From an uncultured Mycoplasmatales bacterium (GTDB lineage: Bacteria; Bacillota_I; Bacilli_A; Mycoplasmatales; Mycoplasmoidaceae), in NCBI GenBank assembly GCA_910578525.1, contig CAJTRF010000003.1, forward strand, positions 6,442 to 70,441: a stretch of 64,000 nt of DNA, read 5' to 3'. The position numbers and the translations under genes were made by a program. The notes beneath the pieces were generated by a model. That model had not been told where the DNA came from and did not search any database. It worked only from the letters and a program-made list of their open reading frames with translations. Shown here piece after piece: positions 42,541 to 53,238 of the stretch; positions within the stretch are counted from its first letter, which is position 1, and every line of letters starts with the position of its first letter.

Positions 42541-44394
42541 ATGGATTTACAAGATATAAAAAATAAGACTATAGAAATGATAAAAGATTTAAGCAATAGA
42601 GGTCTGTTGATTGAAAAACAAACTGAAGTTGCTACAAATGGTCTAAACTTAATTGATATATATATATATATAGTCAATCAAGCAAGAAACGAACAAGAAG
42701 TTAATGTAATAGCTAATTTAATTAAAGGATTACAAGAAGGTTTTAATTTTCAAAGAGTACCAACAATTACAACAAATACTTTAACAATATTAGAACCTTC
42801 AAAATATCAAAAAGGTGAAATCTCTCCTACTCATAATAAAGTTATCATTTGCGATAATACCATTGAAAAAGAAAATTGAGAAAAAATTAACAATAAAATA
42901 GATAGGTTAAACAAAGAAAAACCGTTTGATTATAAAAAAGAAATTGAAACGTTAAAAAAAGAACAATTTATCCTGGCGCCTGATAATTTAGATGTTTTAA
43001 ATAATTTACTTTGTGATAAAACAATACAAGACAACGGCGGCATTGACATAATATACATTGACCCTCCATATAATACAGGAAACAGCTCTCTTGGTTATAG
43101 AGATTTAAGAGAACAAAATGAATGATTAAATTTTATGAAAGCAAGGCTGGAGGTAGCCTCTGATTTATTATCTAATGATGGAATAATTTTTATTTCAATA
43201 GATGACAATATGCATTCTTATTTAAAAATAATTTGTGATGAAGTATTTGGAAAGAAACAATTTGTCGGTAATATTATTTGAGATAAAATGAATTTTCAAC
43301 AAGGAGCTCATAATATACAAAAAAATCACGAATATGTTTTAGTATATTCAAAAAATGATTTATCTAATAAGAAGGTACTATTCAATGTAGATTCACAAAA
43401 TTTAAAATTTTATACAGATGATTTTGGTACATATTATAGGGAGTATCCGTTTGATACATCCTTTGGTAATGATAAACTAGTAGATAGACCGAGCATGGGG
43501 TACATTTTTTACTATAACCCTAAAACAAATGAAAAAATTCTCTCTAATAATTATGTAAAAGACAAAGATATTATTAAAGAAAATAATATAGATAAAGTCT
43601 ATTCATTTGACAAAGCTTTAATTTCAAAAGGTTTTGTTCCTATTTATCCTCCATTAAGAAAAGGAAATGTTTTAGGGTGTTGATCAAGAGGGATGGTTGA
43701 TGCCAAAAATTTATTAGAAAAAAACTTATTGGATTTTGTAAAAACAAAAAGTGAATCATATAAAATTTATCCTAAAAAATACATAGAAGATGGTTTTTCT
43801 AAAACAAACGATCACCCTATTCAATCAATAATTAAATATTCTTCTAGTGATGGTACAAAAGTATTAGGGGAAATTTTAAATAATAAAAAATTTGGGAATC
43901 CTAAGAATGTTGATATGATTAAATTTTTAATCTCTTCATACAAAGCAAAAAAGGATCCATTAATTTTAGATTTTTTTGCCGGATCAGGAACAACTGCTCA
44001 ATCTATACTAGAATTAAATAACGAAGATAAACAAAAAAGAAAAATTATACTTGCTACTAAAAAATTTGATTTTATACCGTCACTTAATAGTTGGGAAAAC
44101 ATTGGTGAAAATGTATTAATTGAGCGTATTTTTAGAATTTCATATGGAACAAATAAGGATGGAAAAAAACTCTCAAAAAAAGAATGTCCTTGATTATCAC
44201 ATAATACCCCTTTTAATATTGATTTTGATTATTTAGAAACAAAACAATATGATATTTCTTTAGAAAGTCAATTAAATCCTTATGAAATAATTGATTTATC
44301 CGTTTATGGATATATAGATATTCTTTCTCTTGATGAAAGAAAAAAAATAATAAATGCAAAATTCAATATCTTATTAAATCATTTAAATAAATAA
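42541..44394 (+). CDS. mod: Type III restriction-modification DNA methyltransferase (Mod, N6-adenine, beta class)
   Basis: Three track ORFs in frame 1 are joined by UGAs (617 aa). Motif IV IYIDPPYNTG precedes motif I DFFAGSGTT, with a variable region between them. res starts 5 nt downstream. Confidence 0.85.
42656..42672 (+). repeat. (TA)8 dinucleotide tract inside the mod 5' coding region
   Basis: ATATATATATATATATA at 42656-42672, encoding DIYIYIV, about 38 codons into mod. Confidence 0.9.
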
Positions 44395-44399
44395 TTTTT

Positions 44400-46787
44400 A
44401 TGTTGCTAGAAATTCAAGAAAAAAAGATTAATGAAGTAGTTTCGCTACTTTCAACTGAACAGTTTGACAAAAATCATCCTTTATATTTTCAATCCCCAAC
44501 AGGAAGCGGTAAAACTTTAATGTTAGCAAGAATAATTGAAGAGTTTAAAAAAAATAATCCAAATGAAAACTTCTTATTTTTAGTTGCTTCAATTTCAACT
44601 GGTGGAATTGAAAAACAAAATTATGAATCTTTATATAATTCTCAATTAAAAGGTAGTAATTTTAATGTAGAGCATATACCTAGTGGTTTGACAACACCGT
44701 TGCGTCCAAGATATCATACTGATGTGTTAACGATTGGAGAAGCATCATTTAAAAATGGGTCGAATTTATTTAAATTAAAATTATTAGAATCTTATCTTGA
44801 AAAAGTTAGTGAAAACAAAAGAATAATTTTTATAAGGGATGAAGCCCACATTGGAACAAAGATAAATACTAATGACACATCACAAAATCTTTCAAAATTA
44901 AATAGATATTTTTATAAACAATTATGATTATCTGCAACATTAGAAAACGGAAAAGAGCAAATGATTCCTCATGTTTGCATGACTTTATCTGAAGCTCAAG
45001 ATGCCGGATTAATTAAAAATAACATTAGTCTCTTTGATGGAGATATTGAAGACAATGAAAATGAGGAACATCTTTTTGAGCTAGCTTGTAAGAAGCTAAA
45101 AAAATTATGGGGTTCTAATGAGCATCCAGGAATATATAGAAAAATAAGTGATATCAAGGGCCAGATAATCAAACCAGCCCTTTTGGTTCAAATCTCTTCT
45201 AAAACAAAAGGTGAAGAAGAAATTAAACAAATTATTAATATTTGTAAAAAACACAATTTAAACTACGCTTATACCTTGTCCAAAAACAAAGAAGCATTTC
45301 AAGCATCCGGTTTACTAAAGTCTAGAAAAATAACTAGAAATGAATTACAAAAAAACGATTCTGATATTGATGTTATTATCTTTAAATTTGCAATAGCTAC
45401 TGGTTGGAATATTCCTAGAGCTTGTATTTTAAGTCAATATAGAAATATTGACTCCGACAATTTGAGAATACAAACATTGGGTAGAGTTCTTAGAAATATA
45501 TTTGTAGGTGATATAGAGAATTTTAATAAATTCGATGATGATGAGCAAAAAGAAATATTAACTTGTTATTTATATTCAGCCCATCAATCGGCAAAACAAT
45601 ATGAAACTTCAATTTTAAAATTAAAAGATAGTTTTATAAACGAAAAAGTTAAAAAAACATATCTCTCACAAACTTCAAAAGATGTTGAAGGAAGAGGTTA
45701 TCTAGCAAAACACAATAATGACCTTGTAAGAGACTACATAAGTTTGTTTAACAAAGACATTAAAGGCACCAATATTGTTTCTTTGTTAAACAAGAACAAA
45801 ACACTTGATATTAAAATACCAAAAAAAATTTTTTCTGGTAATCTAAGTGTTAAAAAAATTGATCAATCTCTTGATAAACAGGGGAAAATAGGTAAACACA
45901 CAATTAATTGATTAGAAAAAACAATCTCTAATAAATTTCAATTAGAAAAAGAATTTAATAATTGATTACGTAGAAATTCTCCATATCTAAAAAAAATTTT
46001 TAATCAAGTCTTTAAACAAATAGGTTATATGAATTCTGTTTTATTCAAATGTAAAATTTTACAAGACATATCGTTTTCTAAGAAAATTATTGCTCAAAAA
46101 CGTCATTATCAAACCGATTCTGAAAAAGAATCAAAATATGATTTAAAAATTAAAGAAATTAATTTACCTCGTATACAATTTTCTAATAATCCAAAAGAAA
46201 ATATGTTGAATGCAGAGATTAGACATTTATCTCAAATTTTAACAACAACAATAAATGGTGAAAACAAACTTTTTTATAACTCTGATCCGAACTCGTCTAA
46301 CAATAATTCTCCTGAACGTCATTTTCTTCAAGATTTAGATAGTTTTGTAAAATACAACAAAGATTTTTTATACTTTATTCACAGGAATGAGCGTTCTAAA
46401 GAAAGTGTCTCTTATATTTATCGTGATGAAAACGGTAATAAACACGAACAGTATCCGGATTATATATTGCGAACAAAAAATGGCACGACAATTATTTGTG
46501 AGATTAAAACCATTTGTGGTGGAATTGAATATATCAATTCTATAAAACACATTGAAAAAGGTTATTTAAGAAACTCTGAAAAAATTACTGATTATTTTTT
46601 TGGAATAATTAAACACGCTGATTACAGATATCAACTAGTGTATTATAAAGAAGGTAAAAGAGTGCCGATGGAATTTTTAGATTTAAAAGAGAAATTTAAA
46701 GATTTTGATTTTGACGGATTAACTGAATTAGATGTACTTTTCGACATAATTAAATGCTATGAAAATAATCGGATTAGCATAAAATAA
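44400..46787 (+). CDS. res: Type III restriction enzyme Res subunit (SF2 helicase plus C-terminal PD-ExK nuclease)
   Basis: Three track ORFs in frame 0 are joined by UGAs (795 aa). Motif I SPTGSGKT, motif II RDEAH, SAT, motif VI QTLGRVLR. C-terminal YPDYIL...IICEIK nuclease motif. Confidence 0.8.
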
Positions 46788-47424
46788 TTTTTTCAAAATT
46801 TAAAAAATTTGCATTTTCTTTAACATAATTAATAAAATTTCAAATATTCGTTCCTCTATATTCTTTTAACGGTTTAAATTTCACTTTAGTTTTGTTGTCA
46901 TTAGAAATAATATAAGCTAGATTAAAAAAGATAGCTTTTATTTCAGATATATCTTTTTTTAATTCATCTTCAATTTCAGTTTGATATTTTTTTAAAATTT
47001 TGTTTGAGTGATTCTCACCAAAAGACAAAGTACTTCAATTATGAATAAAAAACGAAAGTTCTTCATAAACATCATTATTCAATATTTTCTTTAAAAAAGT
47101 AGTTTTCTCAAAAAACTCATTAATAGCAACATTCAGTTCATCGTTTCTACTTTTTATTGCATCAATACAATCAACAAAATCTCTTAACAAAACAACAAAA
47201 TGCATCCAATTTAAATATGTAATTTCACTTGTTGTCTTTTCAATTAACTCTTTTTCTTGTAATGAAAGAATCTTTAGTGATGGCTTAGAATATTGAAACA
47301 AATATGCTTTTGATAAATTAATACATACAATAGCATTTATTAAACCATTAATTAGTAAAAATGTCCATTGAATTAAATCTTCATACTTTATTTTATTTGT
47401 TTTGTATCTGTTATTCTTTCTCAC
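46774..47424 (-). CDS. hypothetical protein B (216 aa) flanking the Type III R-M locus
   Basis: GTG start at 47424. Two track ORFs (47035-47424 and 46840-47028) share one frame. UGAs are read through to TAA 46774-46776. Overlaps the res 3' end by 14 nt, convergently. Confidence 0.5.
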
Positions 47425-47610
47425 AATTATTCTTAATTTATTTTTTGTTTAAAAGAGCAATAATTACTTATTAATTTAGTTATTGCTTTTAAATCACTAT
47501 AAACTATGATAATATTATATATTTATAAAAATATAAATTTTGCTAGTTAAGATTTTAATCAACAAATAAATATTTTTACATTTTTATCAGATTTATGGTA
47601 TTATATATAT

Positions 47611-47687
47611 ACGCTTTCTATTGAGATTGCTGATACACCAAAGTGTGTTGTCAAGTATTAGGGAACTCAATAAGTGTAAAAAAGCGT
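47611..47687 (+). promoter_or_regulatory. structured leader upstream of rpsJ (S10 operon)
   Basis: Nested helices ACGCTTT(47611-17)/AAAGCGT(47681-87), TATTGAG(47619-25)/CTCAATA(47666-72) and ACAC-CAAA-GTGT (47635-46). Preceded by an AT-rich -10 region. Confidence 0.45.
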
Positions 47688-47720
47688 TGAAAATAAATAT
47701 CAGAAAGGCAACAAAAAAGT

Positions 47721-48026
47721 ATGAATCAAGAATTAAGAATTAAATTATTTTCTTATGATCACGAACTATTAGACAAATCAGTTAAGAAAATAATTGAAAT
47801 CGCGGTTAATACAAGCTGTGAAGTTAAAGGTCCAATTCCTCTTCCAACAAAGAAGGAAATTTTTACGGTTTGTAGATCACCACACGTATACAAACCAGCA
47901 ATGGAACAATTTGAACGTAGAACCCACAAACGTTTAATTGTTCTTAAGAAAGCATCTATTCAAACAATTGATGCTCTTAAGAGATTAGTTATCCCATCAG
48001 GAGTTGAAATTCAAATTACTTTATAG
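47721..48026 (+). CDS. rpsJ: 30S ribosomal protein S10
   Basis: [14 protein letters not shown]...GPIPLPT...RSPHVYK.AMEQFE.RTHKRLI signature. Confidence 0.96.
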   Translation: MNQELRIKLFSYDHELLDKSVKKIIEIAVNTSCEVKGPIPLPTKKEIFTVCRSPHVYKPAMEQFERRTHKRLIVLKKASIQTIDALKRLVIPSGVEIQITL

Positions 48027-48049
48027 TAATTTAGAAGATAGGAGAAGTT

Positions 48050-48910
48050 ATGAAAAACATAATCGGAACTAAAGTGGGAATGATGCAAGTATTTGATGTT
48101 AATGGTAAACAATTAGCAGCAACAGTTGTAAGTTGTGAACCAAACCAAGTACTTGAAGTTAAAAAGAATGGCAACATCAAAGTGGGATATTTAGATGTTG
48201 AAAAAGCTCAAAGAAAATCAAAAGCTTATATTGGTATTTTTAAGAAAAATGGATACACTCCAAAAGAATTCATTAAAGAATTTAAAAATACTGAAAATTA
48301 TAAAGTTGGAGATTTTATTACAGTTGATGCTTTTGAAAAAGGTCAATATGTTGATGTTCAAGGAACTACAAAAGGACATGGATTTACAGGTGCAATTAAA
48401 CGTTGAAACTTTAAAGTTGGTCCTTTAGCACATGGTGCTGGATATCCTCATAGATATCAAGGTTCTGTTGCATTTGGTCGTGGTGGTAGTCAAGCTCAAA
48501 GAGTACCTAAAGGTAAAAAGATGTCAGGACACTACGGACACGAAACAGTTACTATTCAAAACTTAATTGTTTTAGAAGTAATGAAAGCACGTAATTTAAT
48601 TTTATTATTAGGTGCTATTCCAGGACCAGCAGGAAGTGTAGTAACAATTAAAACTTCAGTTAAATTCCCAACAAAGAAAACTGAATACAAAATTATTACT
48701 AAGGAAATCAAGGAAGAAATTTTAAAAGAAAATGAAAACCTTGAAGACAAAGAAGCATTACACAAAGCAAACGAACAAGCAGAAGCTGCAGCTGCAGAAG
48801 CTGCTAAAAAAGAAGCTGCTGCTAAACAAGCAGAAGCAGCTGCTCGTGCTAAAGAAAAAGAAGCTGCTGAAAAAGCTGCTGCTAGCGAAGCTAAAACAGC
48901 TAACAAATAG
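48050..48910 (+). CDS. rplC: 50S ribosomal protein L3 with Ala/Glu/Lys-rich C-terminal extension
   Basis: UGA 48404-48406 joins track ORFs 48050-48406 and 48521-48910. [15 protein letters not shown] and MSGHYG motifs. Confidence 0.95.
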
Positions 48911-48918
48911 GAGGAAAT

Positions 48919-49551
48919 ATGGAAAAGATCAAGTTATATGATATTACTGGTAAATCAGTTAAAGAAATTGAATTTAGTCTTCCTAACACAACTAAAGTTT
49001 ACGAACAAGCAATGTTCGATCAAGTTTTAGCTGAAAACGCAGGCAAAAGACAAGGTACTCACTCAACTTTAACTAAAGGTGAAGTTAGAGGTGGTGGTAA
49101 AAAGCCTTTACAACAAAAACATTCAGGTAATGCAAGACAAGGTTCTATTCGTAACCCTCACTGAGTAGGTGGCGGTGTTGTTTTTGGACCAAAACCAAAC
49201 AGAAACTACAAACTTGCTGTTAATAAACAAGTTTCAAGAAAAGCATTTGATTCTGCTTTATTGTTAAAAATTCAATCTAACAACATATTTATCATTGATG
49301 ATTTAAAAGAAGCAAAACCTTCTACAAAGAAAGCTGTTGCTTTATTTAAAGCATTAAAAATTAATGATCAAAAGAATTTATTTGTTGCTGCTGATTCTAA
49401 AAACGCAATTAATGCAATTAAAACATTTAGCAACATTAAAAAAACTGTAGCTAAGAAAGTTAACCAAATCTCTACTAGAGATATTTTAAATGCTAAGAAT
49501 TTAGTGATTGAACTTTCAGCTGCTAATAAATTAGGAAAGGTTGGTGCATAA
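48919..49551 (+). CDS. rplD: 50S ribosomal protein L4
   Basis: [43 protein letters not shown] joins two track ORFs. Confidence 0.95.
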
Positions 49552-49552
49552 T

Positions 49553-49945
49553 ATGGAATTCTCAAGAATTATTATTAAACCAGTTCATACTGAAAAATCA
49601 TACGCTCAACAATCTGCTGAACCAAAGAAACATGCTTTTATGGTTGATTTAAATGCTACTAAGAACGATATTAAATTAGCTTTTGAATCAATTTATGGAT
49701 TTGCTCCTGCAAAAGTAGCAACTCAAATTAGAAAGCCTGTTAAGTTCCGTACTGGAACTGCTAATCCAGGTTACACAAAGAAATTTAAAATTGCTTATGT
49801 AACTTTACCAGTTGGTAAATCAATCTCTGCTGAAGAACAACAAGTTGAAAATAAAGAAGCTAAAAATGTAACAGTTTCTGAAAAACCAATAGTTGATTCT
49901 TCATTAAAAGAAGTTGAACCAACTTCTAAGGAAGAAAAGAAGTAA
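49553..49945 (+). CDS. rplW: 50S ribosomal protein L23 with C-terminal extension
   Basis: I prefer internal ATG 49553 of track ORF 49541-49945. IIKPVHTEKSY signature. Confidence 0.92.
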   Translation: MEFSRIIIKPVHTEKSYAQQSAEPKKHAFMVDLNATKNDIKLAFESIYGFAPAKVATQIRKPVKFRTGTANPGYTKKFKIAYVTLPVGKSISAEEQQVENKEAKNVTVSEKPIVDSSLKEVEPTSKEEKK

Positions 49946-49955
49946 GGAGTAATTT

Positions 49956-50804
49956 ATGGCAATAAAATCAATTAAAACTCGTTCAAAAGGTAAACGTACA
50001 TCAATTCTTATTGATTACAAGAAGGTATTATCTTCTAATACTAATAAACCTCATAAAGCATTAACTAAATCAATTCAAAACCAATCTGGTAGAAACAACC
50101 GTGGTATTATTACAACTAGACACCAAGGTGGTGGACACAAGAGAAAATTCCGTGAAATTGATTTCAAAAGAAATAAAGACGGTATTAAAGCAACTGTTCA
50201 AACAATTGAATATGATCCAAACAGAACAGCGTTTATTTCTTTAGTTTGCTATGAAGATGGAACTAAGAAATATATCTTAGCTCCAAGAGATATCAAAGTA
50301 GGAGATAAAATTGTTTCTGGAAACAAATGCGATATCAAAACAGGTAACTGTATGTTATTAGCTAACATTCCTGATGGTGCTTTTGTTCACAACGTTGAAT
50401 TAGTTCCAGGACATGGTGGTCAAATTGCAAGAAGTGCTGGTAGTTTTGCTCAAGTCTCAGGTAAAGATGAAACTGGTGAATACAAAATCTTAAGATTATC
50501 TTCTGGTGAATTTAGAAAGATTCCAAATGAATGCCGTGCAACAATTGGTATTGTATCTAATGAAGATCACAACTTAGTTAACTTAGGAAAAGCAGGACGT
50601 AGTCGTCATATGGGTATCAGACCTACAGTTCGTGGTACAGTTATGAACCCTAATGATCACCCACACGGTGGTGGTGAAGGTAGACAATCTATCGGATACG
50701 ATGCACCACGTACACCATGAGGTAAACGTCACATGGGTGTTAAGACTAGAAGACAAAAGAAAGCTTCTAGTGCATTAATAATTAGACGTAGAAATGATAA
50801 ATAG
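49956..50804 (+). CDS. rplB: 50S ribosomal protein L2
   Basis: [21 protein letters not shown] and [13 protein letters not shown] motifs. UGA 50718-50720 is read through to TAG 50802-50804. Confidence 0.96.
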
Positions 50805-50815
50805 GAGAAACAAAC

Positions 50816-51121
50816 ATGAGTAGAAGTAATAAAAAAGGTGCATTTGTTGACACTAGCTTACTTAAAAAAGTACAAGCTGCTAAAGCAGATCCAAAACACA
50901 AAGCAATTAAAACTTGATCAAGAAGAAGTACAATCTTCCCTGAATTTGTAGGTCTAAACTTCCAAGTTCATAATGGTAAAAGTTTTATCAATGTCTTTGT
51001 TACAGAAGATATGGTTGGACACAAATTAGGTGAATTTGTTCCTACAAGAACATTCAAACAACACTCTTCTAACAATAAGGCAGAAGACGCTAAAGCGGCA
51101 GCAGCCACAGGAGCTAAATAG
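50816..51121 (+). CDS. rpsS: 30S ribosomal protein S19
   Basis: [12 protein letters not shown]...[26 protein letters not shown]. Internal UGA. Not in the track as one ORF. Confidence 0.93.
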
Positions 51122-51132
51122 GAGAATAAAAT

Positions 51133-51546
51133 ATGAAAGCAACTGCAATTCAAAGAAATATACGTATTTCATCATCTAAAGCAAAATTAGTGTGTGACTT
51201 AATTAGAAATAAAAAAGTTACTGAAGCTTTAGTAATTCTTGATAACACTGAAAAGAAAATCGCTCCAATTATCGAGAAATTATTAAACTCAGCAATCGCT
51301 AATGCTACAAATACTAAAGGTTTTTCTTCTTTAGAAAACTTGTATGTTTATCAAATCTATGCTAACCAAGGACCTACAATGAAACGTGCTTTACCACGTG
51401 CTAAAGGTTCTTCTAATATGATTAGAAAACGTTCTTCTCATATTGAAATTGTTTTGAGTGATGACCCAAAACAAAAATCTAAAGATTTATTAGCTATCAA
51501 AGCTAAACAAGCTAAGAAAGTTAATAAAAAAGGAGGTAAGAAATAA
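51133..51546 (+). CDS. rplV: 50S ribosomal protein L22
   Basis: RISSSKAKLVCDLIRNKKV...GPTMKR..PRAKG signature. Confidence 0.95.
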   Translation: MKATAIQRNIRISSSKAKLVCDLIRNKKVTEALVILDNTEKKIAPIIEKLLNSAIANATNTKGFSSLENLYVYQIYANQGPTMKRALPRAKGSSNMIRKRSSHIEIVLSDDPKQKSKDLLAIKAKQAKKVNKKGGKK

Positions 51547-52331
51547 TGGCTCAAAAAATTAATCCAAATGGTCTTCGTTATGGTATCAACAAGAATTGAA
51601 ATTCTCGTTGAATCACTTCTGACCCAGAACTAACTGCTAAATGAATTGTTGAAGACGAAAAGATTCGTAAATTCTTTGCTAAGAACTATAAACAAGCTCA
51701 ATTAGTAAATATTGAAATTGAACGTACATTAAAAAATGTTGATGTATTTGTTAACTGTGGTCAACCAGGTATCATCATTGGTAAAGAAGGTGCTAACATT
51801 CCATTAGTTACAAAAGAAATCAACAAGATTGTTGGTCGTAAAATTAAAGTTAACGTAAACGTTATTGCTCACCAAAATCCAGCGACATGTGCAAGAGTTA
51901 TTGCTCGTGAAATCGCAGATGCTATTGAAAACCGTGTACCATTTAGAATGGCTCAAAAGAACGGAATTAAAAAAGCATTAGGAGCAGGTGCTATTGGAAT
52001 TAAAACAACAGTATCTGGTAGATTGGGTGGAGCTGAAATGGCTAGAGAAGAAGGTTACTCTAAAGGTGTTATTCCATTAACAACATTAAGAGCTGATATT
52101 GATTATGCTATTGAACAAGCTTTAACAACTTATGGAATCATTGGTGTTAAAGTATGAATCAACCGTGGTGAAATTTTTGCTAAAGGTTTAAACAACCAAG
52201 TTGTTATTAAACAAAAAGAACGTTCAAATGATTTTGGTAAAAAGAAACCTTTCAAAAGAAATAATAACTTCAAACCAAAAACTCAACAAGCTAAACCACA
52301 ACAAAACACTCAAGTAAAGGAGGCTAAATAA
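51546..52331 (+). CDS. rpsC: 30S ribosomal protein S3
   Basis: ATG at 51546 overlaps the rplV stop (TAATG). [18 protein letters not shown] and KH domain GKEGANI. UGAs read through. Confidence 0.95.
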
Positions 52332-52333
52332 TT

Positions 52334-52756
52334 ATGATGCAACCTAAGAGAACAAAATATCGTAAACCACATCGTACAAGATACGATGGAAAAGCTAAAG
52401 GAAACAAATATGTTGCTTTTGGTGAATATGGTTTAATGGCAACAACTGGTAATTGAATTACAGACAAGCAAATCGAAGCTGCCCGTGTTGTTTTATCTAA
52501 ATCTTTAGGTAAAACTGGAAAAATGTGAATTCGTATTTTCCCTCAATTATCTCTTACTAAGAAACCATTAGAAGTACGTATGGGTTCAGGAAAAGGTAAT
52601 CCTGAACAATGAGTAGCAGTTGTTAAAAAAGGAACAGTAATGTTTGAATTAGCTGGTATTCCTGAAGACTTAATGAAAGATACATTAAGAAAAGCTGGAA
52701 ACAAACTAAATGTTTTAACAAAAGTTGTTAAGAAAGGAGAATTAAAGAATGATTAA
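52334..52756 (+). CDS. rplP: 50S ribosomal protein L16
   Basis: [14 protein letters not shown]...[12 protein letters not shown]. Internal UGAs. Not in the track as one ORF. Confidence 0.95.
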
Positions 52757-53237
52757 GGAACTAAATCAAAAAACAAATGAAGAATTATGTAATTTAATCG
52801 TTAGATTAAAATTACAACTTCTTGAATCAAGATTCAAGATGGCTTCTGGTGAATTAGAAAAAACTCACAAAATTAGAGAAATAAGACGTACAATTGCTCA
52901 AGCTTTTACAGTTCTTAATTCTCGTGGTATTGATTTAACAGTAGGTACTCATGGTATTACTATGTATGATCGCAAGAACAACACAGTTAAATCAATTAAT
53001 GATGTAGTTTCAGATTCTCTTGATGCTAAAGATGAAACAGCAAAATCTAAAAAATCAACAAAAACAGTTGGTCAAGGTGTTGCTGAGTCAACTGTGGCTG
53101 CAAGCAAGTTAGATAAAGCTAACGATTCTGCCCAAGCCACAAACTTTGCAAAAGCAAATGCTAATGTATCAAACCAAAAGTTAGTTCAAAAAAAGAAAAC
53201 TAACGTTGAAACAAAGAGAAAGGTAATTGGAGCTTAA
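52749..53237 (+). CDS. rpmC: 50S ribosomal protein L29 with ~100-aa C-terminal extension
   Basis: N-terminal 65 aa are L29-like (LNQKTNEEL...LRLKLQL...IREIRRTIAQ). Total 162 aa. Confidence 0.88.
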   Translation: MIKELNQKTNEELCNLIVRLKLQLLESRFKMASGELEKTHKIREIRRTIAQAFTVLNSRGIDLTVGTHGITMYDRKNNTVKSINDVVSDSLDAKDETAKSKKSTKTVGQGVAESTVAASKLDKANDSAQATNFAKANANVSNQKLVQKKKTNVETKRKVIGA

Positions 53238-53238
53238 T

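Noticed and set aside
42486-42677. Minus-strand 63-aa ORF spanning the mod promoter, the mod start and the TA tract
   Set aside because: It overlaps the well-supported mod frame and the divergent promoter region. It has no start context and is probably a chance ORF.
41691-47610. The R-M island considered as a mobile element, prophage or ICE fragment
   Set aside because: I detected no integrase, transposase or recombinase. There are no terminal inverted or direct repeats and no adjacent tRNA. I kept it as an accessory island only.
48556-48941. Track ORFs 48556-48906 (-) and 48732-48941 (+) with Ala/Ser or Lys/Leu-rich products
   Set aside because: These are frame shadows of the GCN/AAR-rich L3 tail. 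They lie entirely inside rplC, which is in the conserved frame.
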